The notes: generated by a model from the sequence alone, not told the origin. A stretch of 64,000 nucleotides of DNA from Dictyostelium discoideum (GCA_000004695.1 CM000153.2:2304001-2368000); one strand, 5' to 3'. Shown: positions 1 to 15,956, counted from the first letter of the stretch. Translations and numbers: made by a program.

Positions 1-122
1 AAAAAAGTCAATGCAAAATTCATCCAAATGAAAAGATTATATCCTATTGTGATAATTGTAATTGTAACATTTGTAAAGAATGTTCAACAAGTTCCAACCA
101 CCGTGGTCATATATTTAGTACA

Positions 123-2087
123 ATGAACGAGTCAAAATTTGAATTGATTTTCAATGAATTTTCAAATAACCAATACCAAAAGCTATTGGAATATAAACAA
201 CAAGTTGCCAATAGTAGTGAATTGTTGAAAGACAATTTTAAGAGAACCAATGATCATAGTTCCACTCAATTGGCATTATTAGAGTCAACTTTCTCACAAT
301 TACATTCAACTTTAAAAACATTGGAGACTCAACTTGACTTTCAAATTAAGAAAACCAATGAACTTAATCAAATTTCAAATACAAAATTTACAACTTTAAT
401 AACTGATGTTGAATCCAATATAAATAATATCATCAATAAAAATGATCAATACTTTTCAAAGGAAAACTCTGAACAATATAAATCAACAACACCTGGTACT
501 TCAGATAAAATTAAACAGTTGTTTGAAACCAATCAAATAGCTATCATTAATGATTTAACCGATACAAATAACCTTTTAAATAATAAATCAAATATAAATT
601 CAAATGATTTTATTAAATCTTCTTTAATTATAAATAATGATAATTTATTAAAATTTAATGAATTTTTAAATTCAATTTTTAAAATTGAAAATATTCAACA
701 ACAATCTCAACAGGTTCAACAAACTCAACAACCTCAACAAACCCAACATGCTCAACAAGCCCAACAAGCTCAACAAGCTCAACAAGCTCAACAAACCCAA
801 CATGCTCAACAAACTCAACAACAACAGAATATAATATCACATGATAATAGTAGAACAATTTCAAAGAGTTCATCAATGGATTTAAATAATAATAACAATA
901 ATAATAACAATGATGATACAAATAGTAATAGTAGTAATTCATCAGCAGTAAGTACACCATCAAATCTACCATTAAGTAAAAGTCAATCAGTTAATAATAT
1001 TGTAAAATTGGGAAATTCTAGAAGTGAATATACACCATCAATTACAAAGAGTACTTCAAATAGTTCAATAAAGAGTTCTAATAGTGATGAAATTTCTTCA
1101 ACTCTTCAACAATTCCCATCAACAATTATATCATCAATTCCATCGCCAAATAGAATTAGTAAAATGTATTCTTCAACTAATAATCTTTCTGGTACAGTTG
1201 CTGCTAAAGATAATACAGCCGATATTTTTCGTTGGAATATTGTTGATCCAATTCCACCAAATACAACTTCGATTTGTGTCATTTCCACTAAAACCCAGAT
1301 TCCAGCTGGTTCAATTCCAAAAAAAGTTACCTCTATTGTTTTCTCTGGTTATAATCAACCACTAGAGGAAGGTTCAATTCCTGATACTGTATTAAATCTT
1401 CATTTAGGTCAAGACTATCACCAAGAATTAAAAGAAAATGTATTACCATCCTCAATTACATCTTTACATTTAGGTGGAAAATTCAATAAACCTTTAAAAC
1501 CCGGTATGATTCCATTTGGTGTTTTAGATTTACATATTGGTGACTCTTTTAATCAATCACTTTCCTCCAATAGTCTTCCATCTAGTATTTTATCTTTACA
1601 TTTGGGTGGTCATTTCAATCAAAAATTGAAACAAGGTGATATTCCATCAAGTGTTTCAAAATTAATTCTTTCAAATGATTTCAATCAACAAATCTCTCAA
1701 GATGTAATACCAGCAAGTTGTAAAACCCTTATCTTTGGTTACGCCTTTAACCAAGTGATTCTACCTGGTGTATTACCTCCAAATATCGATGTCCTAGAGT
1801 TATCCTATTCTTTCAATCAAGTTTTAGTCAAAGGTAGTATACCCGATGTTAGAAAGTTAACATTTGGTTACTTTTTCAACAAACCTATAAAATCAGATGG
1901 TATCATTCCAAAATCTGTGACTCATTTAACTTATGGTTCACTTTTTAATCAAACTTTAACTAAATATGTTGTTCCAAAATCAACTACATTATTGACCTTA
2001 CCAGATACATATGCTTCAGGAAGAACTTCAGAAATTTCAAATTTATCTTCAACTTGTTTAGTTTCTTATAAACCAAGAGATTATTAA
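123..2087 (+). CDS. FNIP-repeat protein (654 aa): N-terminal coiled-coil/Q-rich region, S/N-rich linker, C-terminal array of about 22-aa FNIP repeats
   Basis: Single ORF 123..2087. The C-terminal half carries repeated units of the form G-S/D-I-P-x-x-V-x-x-L-x-L-G-x-x-F-N-Q-x-L (for example LHLGGKFNKPLKPGMIPFGVLDLHIGDSFNQSL), the FNIP/FNaC repeat typical of Dictyostelium and mimiviruses. Internal CAA/GCT runs code a QQTQQPQQAQQ tract. Confidence 0.7.
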   Translation: MNESKFELIFNEFSNNQYQKLLEYKQQVANSSELLKDNFKRTNDHSSTQLALLESTFSQLHSTLKTLETQLDFQIKKTNELNQISNTKFTTLITDVESNINNIINKNDQYFSKENSEQYKSTTPGTSDKIKQLFETNQIAIINDLTDTNNLLNNKSNINSNDFIKSSLIINNDNLLKFNEFLNSIFKIENIQQQSQQVQQTQQPQQTQHAQQAQQAQQAQQAQQTQHAQQTQQQQNIISHDNSRTISKSSSMDLNNNNNNNNNDDTNSNSSNSSAVSTPSNLPLSKSQSVNNIVKLGNSRSEYTPSITKSTSNSSIKSSNSDEISSTLQQFPSTIISSIPSPNRISKMYSSTNNLSGTVAAKDNTADIFRWNIVDPIPPNTTSICVISTKTQIPAGSIPKKVTSIVFSGYNQPLEEGSIPDTVLNLHLGQDYHQELKENVLPSSITSLHLGGKFNKPLKPGMIPFGVLDLHIGDSFNQSLSSNSLPSSILSLHLGGHFNQKLKQGDIPSSVSKLILSNDFNQQISQDVIPASCKTLIFGYAFNQVILPGVLPPNIDVLELSYSFNQVLVKGSIPDVRKLTFGYFFNKPIKSDGIIPKSVTHLTYGSLFNQTLTKYVVPKSTTLLTLPDTYASGRTSEISNLSSTCLVSYKPRDY

Positions 2088-2297
2088 AAAAAAAAAAAAA
2101 AAACCTTGATTTTAAACTTTCTTTTTCTTTTTTTTAATTTTTTTTTTATTATATATATAAAAATAATAATTAAAATTAATAAAATGATCAGTGCTTAGAT
2201 TATAATTTAAATATATTAACTTTTTATTGTTTTTTAAATTTTATTTATTTATTTTAAGTCGCACCGTGGTGGTATTGGAATTAAAAAGGGGAATTAG

Positions 2298-4594
2298 TCA
2301 ACAATTATCTTTAGTTATATCAAAATAAAAATCAAAAATACTCTTTTTTTTATAAAATTCTATATTTTTTGACATTATTAAATATTCCCCAATATATGCA
2401 GTAGTATTGATGGGACTTCTTTTAGAATTAATCTGTACATATAATGATTTTTCACTTGAATATATTTTTGTGGTAGTTTGTTCATTTGCCAATACCTTTA
2501 CTTGGAATTCTTTATCTTTTGTTAATAAATTTTTACCATTAATGGTAATAACACCATTGCAACTAATATTATTATTAATACTAAAAATAATTGGTGGTAA
2601 TGTTATATAAAAAGGAGATTCCATATCAATACTATCTACTGTAATATTTATCATTCCATTTTCATATGTAGTTAATTTTTTGAATGAAAATTGGTTATTA
2701 TTTAATGATCTAATTTGTGATGAAATATCACTACCATTAAAAAAAACCTTTATTAAGGAAAGAGAATTTCCAAAGTTACTACCATGAACTGTTAAATCCT
2801 CTTGACCTTTAGAGAATGTACGATATTGTATTACTGGTGGTGCGTAGCTGTATTTGTTTTCAAATGATTCTGAATTAAAATGTAGAGTGTAGTTTTTATC
2901 TATTCCAGTACCATATGGAGCAGGACATGATGTTATATAGAAATCTGAATTTGATGTTTGTAATGATGGGACTGAACAATCCATTGATGGGGTATTACCA
3001 TATGTTATTTTTGGAATTTTCATTAATTCAAAAAATATACATTTTGTATTATATAATTCCAAAATTAATGTTCCGTTAACTGATGATGGTCTTTTAATAA
3101 CACTGGACATTATTGGGGCTTGAACTGGTAATATGGATGGGGTACCGTCGATTGTGATATTAACATTAAAATTTTTACATTTCAAAAGTGGTAATTTAAA
3201 TGATAGATTCGATTCATCAGGCGATACTTGAAATTGTTTTATTTCAATTTTTATATCACCAAATTGGCTATTTACTTCTATTATTGAATTTTCTTTTAAA
3301 GAAGCTAGATTATGACCTTCAACTATAACCATACCTTTGGAGACTTTTGCATTTATTATTGTTGGGATATCATATGAAAATGTAACATCATTACTTATTA
3401 TTGAATTACAACCATCAAATTTAACAATTATTGGCAAATTTTTACCTCCAGATTTATCAGGATTTAATTTACAAACTAATGTATTTTCAATTGATTGTAA
3501 ATATACACAACTTTTACCACCAATTTCAATTATTGGAATTAAATTTGGTTTTGAAACTGAAAATAATTTTGAGCCCTCTATTGTTACAACACCACCAATT
3601 TTACTTGACACTGATGTAATTGATTTAACTATTGCTGGGATACAAACGGAAGAATTCTTTTCACTTGAAACACCATTAACTTTTATATGAATTGACAATG
3701 GACCAGGATCTGTTATATGATAACAACTCGCCTCAATTTGAGTATGGTTAACTGTAATTTTAGGATTTGGTTGTGGTATATTATCAAAATAAATTTTAAT
3801 CAAAGAAGTATCATGGAAAAAATTATCACCATTTATAACAATAATAGATCTTGAGAATTCATTTATTGTACTTGATATTATTGGTGGTGCATATGAAAAT
3901 GGAACATTATATATTCTTTCATCATCAAAATAGAAATTAAAATTTCCAGAACCAGGTGGAATAGTTACTTTTATACTATTACAATTGAAAGATTGATCAG
4001 AGAAATTACCCATAACAACAAATGGTTCCACATTTTCGATTGAATGTAAAAGTCTAGAAGGACCACCAACAAGCCTTAAAAAAGTCCCATTAATTACAAT
4101 ATCACCACCAGATGTTGGTGGATATCTACTAAAACTCACATCATAAGGAGCTGGAAATTTTGTCTGAATCAATTGAGTACTATACTCATTATCACTAGAT
4201 ACTTCCCTAAAATAAACCCTACTATATAAACTACCCCATAATCTTGAAAATGGTTCATCCGAATGGAAAATGCACACTCTATCATCATTCCTGGAAATGG
4301 TACAATTAAAATAATTTGGTGCCATTTCATATCTCGGATAAAAATAATCATATAGAACTAGTTTTGTAAAATATGAATCAGTTTTATTAAAAATATATAA
4401 CAATTTTGAAACCTCAAATTTTACAGCTATTTTATTACAAAAATTATTAATTAATATTTATAACCTATATAATAAAATCAAATTTAAGCTTAAAATAATA
4501 AATAATTACCTGTTGGGTTTGGAGGTAATTGTGAATTAATCTTTATAAAAAATAAAGAAAAAAATATTAAAATATATATTATTTTAAATTTCAT
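2298..4594 (-). CDS. Secreted IPT/TIG-domain protein of the Tiger (Tgr) type, two exons: complement(join(2298..4426,4510..4594)). Exon 1 encodes signal peptide MKFKIIYILIFFSLFFIKINSQLPPNPT
   Basis: The large ORF 2298..4403 has repeated IPT/TIG-like segments (ITINGKNLL, VTIEGSKLF, IVINGDNFF, many NxS/T sites). Upstream exon found by eye: ATG at 4594 (minus), donor CAG|GTAAT at 4510/4509, acceptor AG at 4428/4427 restoring frame (..PNPT|AVKFEVSKLLYIFNK..). The rejoined frame lacks a stop. Confidence 0.55.
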
Positions 4595-4918
4595 TTTAAT
4601 AATTATATCATGTATAATATAAAAATAATTTTATAAAAAAATTTATATTAAACAAAAAAATTATAAAAATAATTTACATTAATAATAATTTAAAAAAATT
4701 ATAATTAAATAAATAAAAAAAAAATAATAAAAATTTAATTCTAAAAATAGCAGCTAGTAAAAAAAAAGTTTCAAATGGTGGTGTTATTTTTTTGTGGAAA
4801 TTGTTTTTTTTTTTGATTCTCTCCAAATTATACATTGATCAAAAATAAAAAAAATAAAAAAAAATTAATATTTAATATTTACAAAAAAAAATGAAAAAAT
4901 AAAGTGATAAAAATAATT

Positions 4919-4952
<34 letters not shown>

Positions 4953-5176
4953 AAAAAAATTTTATAAATCTAATTATAACTTTATTTATTTAATTTTAAA
5001 TCTTTGTATATTGTTAGGTTGAGTACTTTTTAATAATTGTTGGGAAAAAAATCAAAAAAAAAAAAATAAACAAAGAGATAAAAACATCAGGCTAAAAAAA
5101 AAAAAAAAAAAAAGTTGACCAAGAAAATCTATTTATTTAAAAAAAAAAAAGATTCATAAATTTATTTATTTTTAAT

Positions 5177-6808
<1,632 letters not shown>

Positions 6809-7511
6809 TCCTTTTTTTTTTTTTTTTTGTTTTAAATTTATTTTGTATATTTGTTTTCGAATTTTTTTATTTATTTGAAAAATAATTGTTTTTTTTTATT
6901 TTTTTTTATTTTTTTTACAACTATTTAATCTTCTTTTATAACAAAATTCAAGAGAGATATAATATTGTAGTTTTATTTAGTTGTGTGCTATATTCTTGTT
7001 TTTTTTTTTATTTTTTTTTTATTCTTTTAAAATTCTATAAAAATATACAAAAATGGTGATTGTTAATATTTAATACTAATTTTTTTTTTTTTTTTAAAAA
7101 AAAAAAATATAGAAAAGTGGTATAATTAATAAAAAAAAAAAACAACACACTAATTTTAAAAAAAATAAAATAAATAAAATAAAAAAAAAAACAAAAATAA
7201 AAATAAAAATATATAAAAAACAAAAAAAAAACAAGCTGTGGTGTGGCAAAATGATAATTTAAAAAAATATATTTGATTTTTCTTTGTATACAAAGATAGT
7301 GTTTATGTTTAGTGTGTAAAAAAACTTTTGTGAGGAAAATGAAAAAAAAAAAAAAAATATATACATACACAATTGTAATTGTCTCTATATTTCTATGTTT
7401 TCTGTAAATTTATATTATTAATTATAATCTTATGTGTGAGTAAACAATAGAGCTATAAATTTAAATTAAAAAAAAAATATATATATTTATTCTATATTAT
7501 AATTATTATTA

Positions 7512-7613
<102 letters not shown>

Positions 7614-9039
7614 AATTATTATTACAATGCAATAGTTTTTTTTTATTTCTATTGCTTTATTATTATTATTATTTTTTTATATATACTATTACTATTTGTT
7701 TTTTATTATTATTATCTCTCTTTTTTACTTTCTAGAAAAACTGGGAAAAAAAAAAAAAAATTTAAAAAAAAAAAAAAAAATTTAAAAAAAAAATATAAAA
7801 AAAAAAAAAAATATAAAAAAAAATAAATAAATAAAAAAAAAAAAAATAAAAAAATAAAAAATAAAAAAAAAATATTTGTGATTCTAAAAATAATTGTGTG
7901 CACAAACAAGATCTTTTGTTTGAATAAACTAAGAATTTTTAACTTTTTTTTTTTTTTCCAATTAAAATTTTTTTTAGAATCCATTGATTAATTTAAAGAA
8001 AAAATAAACTTTGAAAGCCATATAAGATTATTTTTTAATTAACGAGTAAATAAATAAAAAAAAAAAAAATAAAATAAAATAAAAGATCAAACACAGTGGT
8101 TTTAATTATTAAAAGATATTTTTTTTGAAAAAAAAAAAAAAAAAAAGACGGAAAAAAGCCATTCAAATAATTAGGAGTTTCATATTCAAAAAAACAATTA
8201 TTTTTTATTTATATAATTTTTTTTTTTTTTAATTTTTTTTTTTTTTGAATTATTTTGGTTTAACAATTTTTCTCTATTTTGATTTTTTTTTTTCCTTTTT
8301 TTTATATTTTTTTTTTAAATTTATAAATAAAACTAATATTTAAAATATATAAATAAATCGAATCTTGTTTTTTTTATTTTTTTTTTCATTTCACCATCTA
8401 TCCATTACTTTAAGATCTGACCTTTGCAGCTTTTTATTTTTTATTTTTTTTGTTTTTTTAATTTTTTTAATTTTTTAATTTTTTTTTTTTTTTTTTTTTT
8501 TTATTTTTTTTAATTTTTTTTTTTTTTTTTTTTTTTTATTTCACTCACTAAAAATAGAATTTGTATCAAAATCACCACATTTAAAAATATTGATAGACCT
8601 ATTAATAATATTAACATTAGTTTGAAGCTATAGTATTTATTACAATCATCAATTAAATCCAATATTAAACCCACTGTATATTTATATGTATTTTTAATAA
8701 AAAAAATAAATAAAATAAAAGTAAAATAAAAAAGAGTAAATAAAATTTAGTTTATAATATAGTAAAAAGGATATGGAGGTAAGCAATGTAACACAATCTT
8801 GTTTAATATTTTTTTTTTTTTTTTCTTTTATTTGTTCTTTTTTATTTTTTTTTTTATTTGGTATGGGACATGCCAAATTTTTTTTTTTTAAAAAAAAAAA
8901 AAAATATCCATTCAGATTTAAATATATCCAAATTTGTAATAATAATTGTTTTTATTTTTTTTATTTAATTTTTTTTTTTTTTTTTATCTTTAAAATAAAT
9001 TATTATAATGGCATTTTTTTTATTTATTCCATAGTTATT

Positions 9040-9092
<53 letters not shown>

Positions 9093-9168
9093 ATACAAAT
9101 AAAAAAAAATATATATATATATATACAAATATTAATTATCATTACATTTATTTATTTATTTATTTATT

Positions 9169-9737
9169 ATGTTTATAAATAAAATTCCATTTTTAAAGAG
9201 AGAAAAGAAAGATAAAACAACAGGAACAAACAGCAATAATAATAACAATAATAATAATTTTAATAATGTAAATAATGGACTTCCATCCATTGAAAGGTTT
9301 AAAGACCTTCTATCAAAATTGGAGTTTGAATATAAATTACTTTGGAATGAAAATCAAGAATGTAATACAAATCTACAATAATTAAAAAAAAAAAAAAAGA
9401 AAAAAAAAAAAAAATATATATATATATATTTTTATACATAATTAATAATATAAAATTGATTGTTACTAATCCATAATTTTTTATTACTGTAGTAAAACAA
9501 AAAGTTGAATCATTATCAAACAATAATGAAATTTTAAATAATAATAATAATAACAATAGTGGTAATAGCACAAACAATATATTAGACATAAACGAAAGTC
9601 ATATAACAAATAAAATTTTAACCGAACCTTTGACAACAATACCTCAACTACAAACACAACAAAATCAATTACAAATACCGACTATACCAACAAACCAATC
9701 ATTAATTATAAAGGAATCGAATAATAATAATAATAAT

Positions 9738-9783
<46 letters not shown>

Positions 9784-10845
9784 TAAATAATAGTAATGGT
9801 TTAAATTATAGTGGTAATGGATTAATAAATGCAACTGGTAAGAATAAATTACCAAAATTAAAGAAATCAAAATCGCAATCATCCTCTAAAAATCAAAATT
9901 TATTATCGCAACAACATATTATACACAGTAATAATGGTAGTAGTGGTGGAGGAGGAGGAAGTAGTAAAAATAATAATAGTGGTAATATTAATAATAATAA
10001 TAATAATAATGGATCAAAGAGAGATGGATCACATAAATGGATTAGAGCTAAAGAATATTTAGGACATAGAGATGGTATTTGGGAGATAACATGTTGTCCA
10101 TGGGATTTATTATATTTCGGTACGGCATCAACTGATAAAACCGCTAGAATTTTGACAGTGGATGGTTCAAAATTACCAATCGTTTATACTGCACATACTG
10201 GTACAATCAATTCTATTAGATTTCATCCAATGGAAAGATTCTTTTGTACCGCTTCAGGTGATAAAACAATTCATATCATTAAATTACCAGCTGAAAGAAG
10301 TTCAACAAATGGTGTTTTAAAATCACCAACACCATTCACTTCAAATTATCAGTCACAATCAATGGGGAATAATAAAGATAATAAAGATATCAATTATATT
10401 CAAATACAATCATCACCAGCTCAAATAAATCACATTATGTCATCTGGTTCACCTGTTATGGGTAGATCTTCAAATGTTGCTGTAAATCCTTTGATTGGTG
10501 GTAATAACAATAATAATATTATTAATAATAATAATTTAATTACAGGTTCTAGTTCCGCAAATCCTTTTAAAAATAAACTATGGACTCCTTTATTAGATAG
10601 AAATGCATCATTTCAACCACTTCAACAACAACAACAAGCGCAAGAAATTTCACAGCATCAAGAAAGTATTAATAATGATTTAAATGAAGATTTAAATTCA
10701 GATTCAGATTTAGATTCTGGACCATTATCACCACCAATAGTACAAACATATAAACCCCCTCAATCACCAAGGGAATTTAAAATTTTAAATGATGAACCAA
10801 AGAAAATTACAAATATTTTACCCCCACCAACACCACAATTACAGC

Positions 10846-10916
<71 letters not shown>

Positions 10917-11723
10917 CCATCAATAACTCAACAACAGCAACAACTACTACAACAACAGCAACAACAAATACAACTACAACTACAACAACAACAACAACAA
11001 CAATTACTTCAACAACAGCAACAACAAGAATTATTACAAACAAATACATATATTAGATCACCAATGTTAGAATTAAAAGGTCATTCTGGACCAGTTATTG
11101 GTGCAACATGGATATCAAGTAGTACGGTTGTGTCAGCAAGTTGGGATAATACAATAAGATGGTGGAATACAGAAAATGGTAAATTAATTTCAAGTGGTAA
11201 TGTTTGTGTTGATAAAGTTCATAGAGTTACAAACATTACATCAAATCCAAACTGTAATACACATTCAATCACTAGTAGTACTGATGGTATCATAAGAATA
11301 TGGGATTATCGTTCATCATCCTCTGGTTGTATTGATTCAATTCAAGGCCATCAAGAACCTGTAAATAGTGCAGTATTCACATCGGATGGCAATAATGTAG
11401 TCACTGGTGGAGAAGATCGTACTGTAAAAGTTTGGGATATTAGACAAACCAAAGCCTATAAAACCTCAATTCGTTGTCCATTTGGAATCAATAGGTTATC
11501 AGTTTCTCCAAATACAAATTCAATTGCAATACCTCAAGACGATGGAAGAATTTCGGTTTATGATATTTATGGTAATAGAAAAGGAAAAATGAGAGATCAA
11601 TACAAATATGGTCATAAACAAATGGCAACTTCAACTTCTTGGAGTTTTGATGATTCTGTAATTTTCTCTGCTGGTTTTGACAGAAAAGCAATTTGTTGGG
11701 CTAGTAATTCTTCAGTTAATTAA
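9169..11723 (+). CDS. WD40-repeat protein with N-rich and polyQ low-complexity inserts, two exons: join(9169..9361,9493..11723)
   Basis: WD repeat signatures: HTGTINSIRFHP, SGDKTIHIIKL, SASWDNTIRWWN, GGEDRTVKVWDI, plus a polyQ tract coded by (CAA)n at 10846..11040. ORF 9169..9381 (MFINKIPFLKRE..) ends at a GTAATA donor (9362). The acceptor tgtAG at 9491/9492 joins it in frame (phase 1) to the open frame upstream of the 9630 ORF (..LKQKVESLSNNNEILNN..TEPLTTIPQ). Confidence 0.7.
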
Positions 11724-11841
11724 TAAAGAATTTATTTTAAAACACTAAATACATATATATTTATAATTATAAATAATAAAAAAAAAAAGATATATATATT
11801 TATTTTTTATTTTTTTCTTTTACTTTTTATTTTACTATTTT

Positions 11842-14657
11842 TTAAAATGTACTATTTTTAATTTTTTCATAATCTAAATTTGCTTTTTCACGAAGTTCAT
11901 CAATATTCTTATCTTGTTCAGCATATTGGAGTACAAGATGACGACCATAAAAGTGAGAATTACCAAGTGCTTCCATTGCATTTTTAGCTTCTTCTTCTGT
12001 GAGGAATTCAACGAAACCAAAACCTCTATGACCTCCATTTGGTTTCTTTGGAATACGTACGGATTGAATTTCACCATAGGCAGTGAACAATTTTCTAATT
12101 TCTTTGATTGTTGATTCGAATGGAAGATTTTTAATAATGATTTTAGATGATGGTTTATTTGGTTGACCACCATTTGATTTAATAGATTGTTTACTGTTCT
12201 CTGGTAATTCTCTTCTTTTATTAATCTCTTGAACATTTGTTTCATTCTTGTCTGATAATTTCAATGAGATTTCATAACCATCAATTGAAGAACCATTCAA
12301 TTTCTTTATACATTCATATGCACCTTGTTTTGATGAAAATTCAATGAAACCGAAACCACATGGTAATCTTTCACTTGGATTCTTTGGATTAGCTTTAGTT
12401 GCAATATTTACATTAACATAATCCTTAAGTGATTTAAATTTACCAACGAGTGTTTCATTTGTAGTTTTCCAATTAAGATTTTTAATATAAACAAATTGAG
12501 TATTATTATCTGTACCTTTTTTAGTTGTTGTTGTTGTTGCTGCTGTTTTAGTTGTTGATTCAACTTCTTTTTTATCATTTGAACTATCTGATGATTTTTC
12601 AGATTTTTCAGATTTTTTAATTTCTTTTGGTGGAGCAGGTAATTTGAAAACACCTTCTGGTGCCCATTCAAGGTAAAGTGGGACATGGTGGAATTTTGAA
12701 TATGCTAAATTTTTAAAACCAACTTTAGCTTCATTTGGATGAATATATTCAATGAGTGCAATTGTACGAGCTGGTGAAAGTACAACACGAGAAAGTTCAC
12801 CAAATTTAGAGAATAATTCATGTAATTCATGTTCTTGAGTTTTAAATGGAATGTTTTTAACTAATAATACTGTGTTACTACGTTTACTACCTTTGTTACC
12901 AATATCTTGAATAATTACACCTTGATCCTCTAAAAACTTTTTAGTTTCATTAATTACATGAGTTTCCATTAATGTCATACGAACTGCTAAATCCATTTGA
13001 TTTGGATCTAATAATTGACCTTGAGTCATTTTATAACGTTCTGCTAATGAAGATACAATTGCATCACTTCTCATAAACAATGCATTCCAATTATGAGTTG
13101 AACCACTTGTTGTTTTTTGTTTTTGTTCTTTTTCAGCTTTAAATGATGATGATCCTCCTTCAGCACCATTATTATTATTATCTTTATTTTCAGAGAATTG
13201 TTTTGCTGGTGCGGCTTTACCTGGTAAAACATGAATTAATCTACCTTGGAAAACTTTACCATCCATGTCATTTAATGCTTGAACTGCATTCTCTGGAATT
13301 AAATATAAAATGAATGCAATACCTTTGGATTTCTTTGAATCATAATCAATTGGAATATGAATTTCAGAGATTTTACCAAATTTACTAAAAACTTTTTCTA
13401 AATCTTCTTCTTTTGTTGAATATGATAAATTTCTAACAAAAATTCTACCACTTTCACCAACATCTTCATCTTCTTTTGTATAATCATGTTCGAAATATTT
13501 AATTGGTTTAATTTTAGATTCATCATCATCACCATCATTATCATTATCTTTTTTATTTTTCTTTTTATCTTTTTTCTTTTCTTTTTTATTTTCTTTATTA
13601 TCATCAATTTTCATTTTATCTTTTTTATTTTCTTTATTATTAACATCCTCTTCCTCTGATTCTTCTTCATCTCTATAAACAATTGATTGATTCTTTTCAA
13701 TGATTTCATCATTATTTGATCTAAATTTACTTAACCAATCTAAATCTGAAACTGATGAATCATGTTTTTTCTTTTTTTCATTTATTATAGAATCTACATC
13801 ATCTTTTTTATTTTGTTTCTTTGGTGCTGTTGGCATATCTTCATATAAATCTTCTTCATCTGATGCGTCGGCATCTTCAAAAACTAATAAATCTTTATTT
13901 TTACCATGATCTAATTCAATCTTTTTTTTACCTGAAAATGGTAATTTACCATCCTCAACTTGATTATCATTTTCCTCTCCTTCTTCTCCTTCCTCTTCAC
14001 CTCTATTTATTTTACCAATTTCTTTATCATCATTTTCCCAAACTTTTCTATTTGCTTGAGGTGCAACTAAATTTAAAAATTCTTGATATTCAGGATCATT
14101 CTCTAATTCTGCATCTAATAAAGAATTTGTATGTGATTTCTTTTGTTTTTTATTTGATTGTTGTTCTAATTTATCTTGTTTTCTTTTTAATTCTTTTTTC
14201 TCTTTTTCTTTTTCCATTTCAGTTAATCTTTTATTTGATGATGAACCAATTGAATACTTTGACCATGGTCTATTTTCAGTTGTTTCACTTGCAACTGTTG
14301 CTGTTTCAACAACAATCTTTGATGTATCAATAAATGTACCATTCAATGAAAGTGCATTCTTTGCTGATTGTTCTGTTGAAAATCCAATAAATCCAAATAA
14401 TCTAGATTTACCATCCCTAGAAAAAAATAAAAATAAAAAAAATTAAAATTAATTATTAGTAAAACAATAATAATAATGATTATGGAAAAAAAAAAAAAAA
14501 AATATTCTGAAAATAAATAAAAAATAAAAAAATAAAATAATTACTTTTTGATAATTTTTGCATCTGTGACAGTACCAAATTTTTCGAAATGTTCTTTAAA
14601 ACGCTTATCTGTTAAATGTTTTGGTAATTGTTTTACACATATTCTTGTATTTGACAT
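11842..14657 (-). CDS. mrd1: Multiple-RRM nucleolar RNA-binding protein, Mrd1/RBM19 orthologue, two exons: complement(join(11842..14416,14545..14657))
   Basis: Five or six RRM-like segments and a C-terminus of the Mrd1/RBM19 type (KIIIKNLPFESTIKEIRKLFTAYGEIQSVRIPKK..GFGFVEFLTEEEAKNAMEAL), with a K/E/D-rich linker. The first RRM is split by an intron: exon 1 MSNTRICVKQLPKHLTDKRFKEHFEKFGTVTDAKIIK-K, donor AA|GTAATT at 14544, acceptor ctAG at 14418/14417, continuing KDGKSRLFGFIGFSTEQSAKNALSLNGTFIDTSK in frame. Confidence 0.8.
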
Positions 14658-14857
14658 AATATTATGGTATATATATTGTGATTATTTTTCTTTTTTTGGA
14701 ATAATGATTTAAAAATAAATTGAGAAAAAGAATGAAATAAAAAAAATAAAAAAAATAAAAAAAATTAAAAAAAAAAAAAACTTTCGTGTTTTTCGTTTTT
14801 TAGAAATAAAAAAAAAAAAAATTTAAATTAAATTAAAATATTTGTGGAAAAAACGTT

Positions 14858-14893
<36 letters not shown>

Positions 14894-15585
14894 TTCCAAC
14901 ATTCCAAAAATTTATTTAAAACTAAATCCAATTTATCATTTTTTAATTTATTAACAAATTGATTTTTTTTTTTTTTTTTTCTTTTTTTTATAATAAAATT
15001 AATCTTTGGCGCTAATAGTATGATGATGGTTAATTGAGAAGATTGCCCAAGTGATGATAACACAACTTTTATTTTTTTAATTATTGTAACCTAAGTAAAA
15101 AGGATCGTAACTAATTAAACTGGGTGTTCCAACTTTATTTATAGCAGAAGAAGGCAAGTCTTTAAACTCACAAATTTCAAGATAGTGTATAATTTTACTT
15201 TTTACTATTCTATGAAACCTTCAAGACAATCCAAATCCTTTGTTTGTTTCATAACAAAATCTCCGTTTTGGTATTTGAACCATTTATTTGATTTTAATAA
15301 CCTATAATCTTTTTTATCTACATATTTTTCTTAAACACGTTCAACTGATTTTGGTGGATTTTTAAATGTGATTTATTAGTTTTTGATCGACTTGGAAGTG
15401 AAAGACAATTACATTATTCCAATTTTTATTGCTTCTTCTTTTACTTTTTTTAAATCATTTAATGTTACAGAATGTTCATTATCTTTGAAATTCATTAAAC
15501 AAACTTCTTCCGTCATTAATTAAAAAGAGTATTCAATAATACTATAATTTAGTTACTTATAAGGGGGTTGTGGTGTGTTGTAATA

Positions 15586-15628
15586 TAAATAAACTCTTTA
15601 TTATTGTAATAAATAAAGAGTTTATTTA
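15586..15628. repeat. Perfect 17-bp inverted repeat (hairpin) with a 9-nt loop in the mrd1/pigF intergenic region
   Basis: taaataaactctttatt (15586..15602) / loop attgtaata / aataaagagtttattta (15612..15628). The arms are exact reverse complements. Confidence 0.85.
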
Positions 15629-15956
15629 AATAAACAAAAAATTCTAAGATATATTAAAATGAGATTTTTATTCAATTTTTAAAAAAAAAAAAATAATGTT
15701 TAAATTAAATATTAATAAATTGGATTAATTTATTTTTTTTTTTTTTTTTTTTTTTTCATTTTTTTTTTTTTTTTATCATTTTTTTTTTTCTTGCAAGGTG
15801 TCATTTTTTTATTTTTATTTTTTTTTTTCATACTTATTTGTCTTCCACCAACCAAAAAAAAAAAAAAAAAAACAATTAATATAAATAACAATCAGAAAAG
15901 ATTTGGTTGTTGTTGTTGTGTACATTATTGTAAATAGTAAAAGAAATAAAAAAAGA

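Noticed and set aside
10807-11049. Antisense poly-V ORF (10807..11049 -) and similar poly-V/L/N ORFs at 43077..43548, 43835..44104, 44439..44765, 5291..5661, 55612..56316 +/-
   Set aside because: Each is the off-frame or reverse-complement reading of a (CAA)n, (AAT)n or (ATT)n tract that is already explained as polyQ/polyN coding in a well-supported gene on the other strand or frame.
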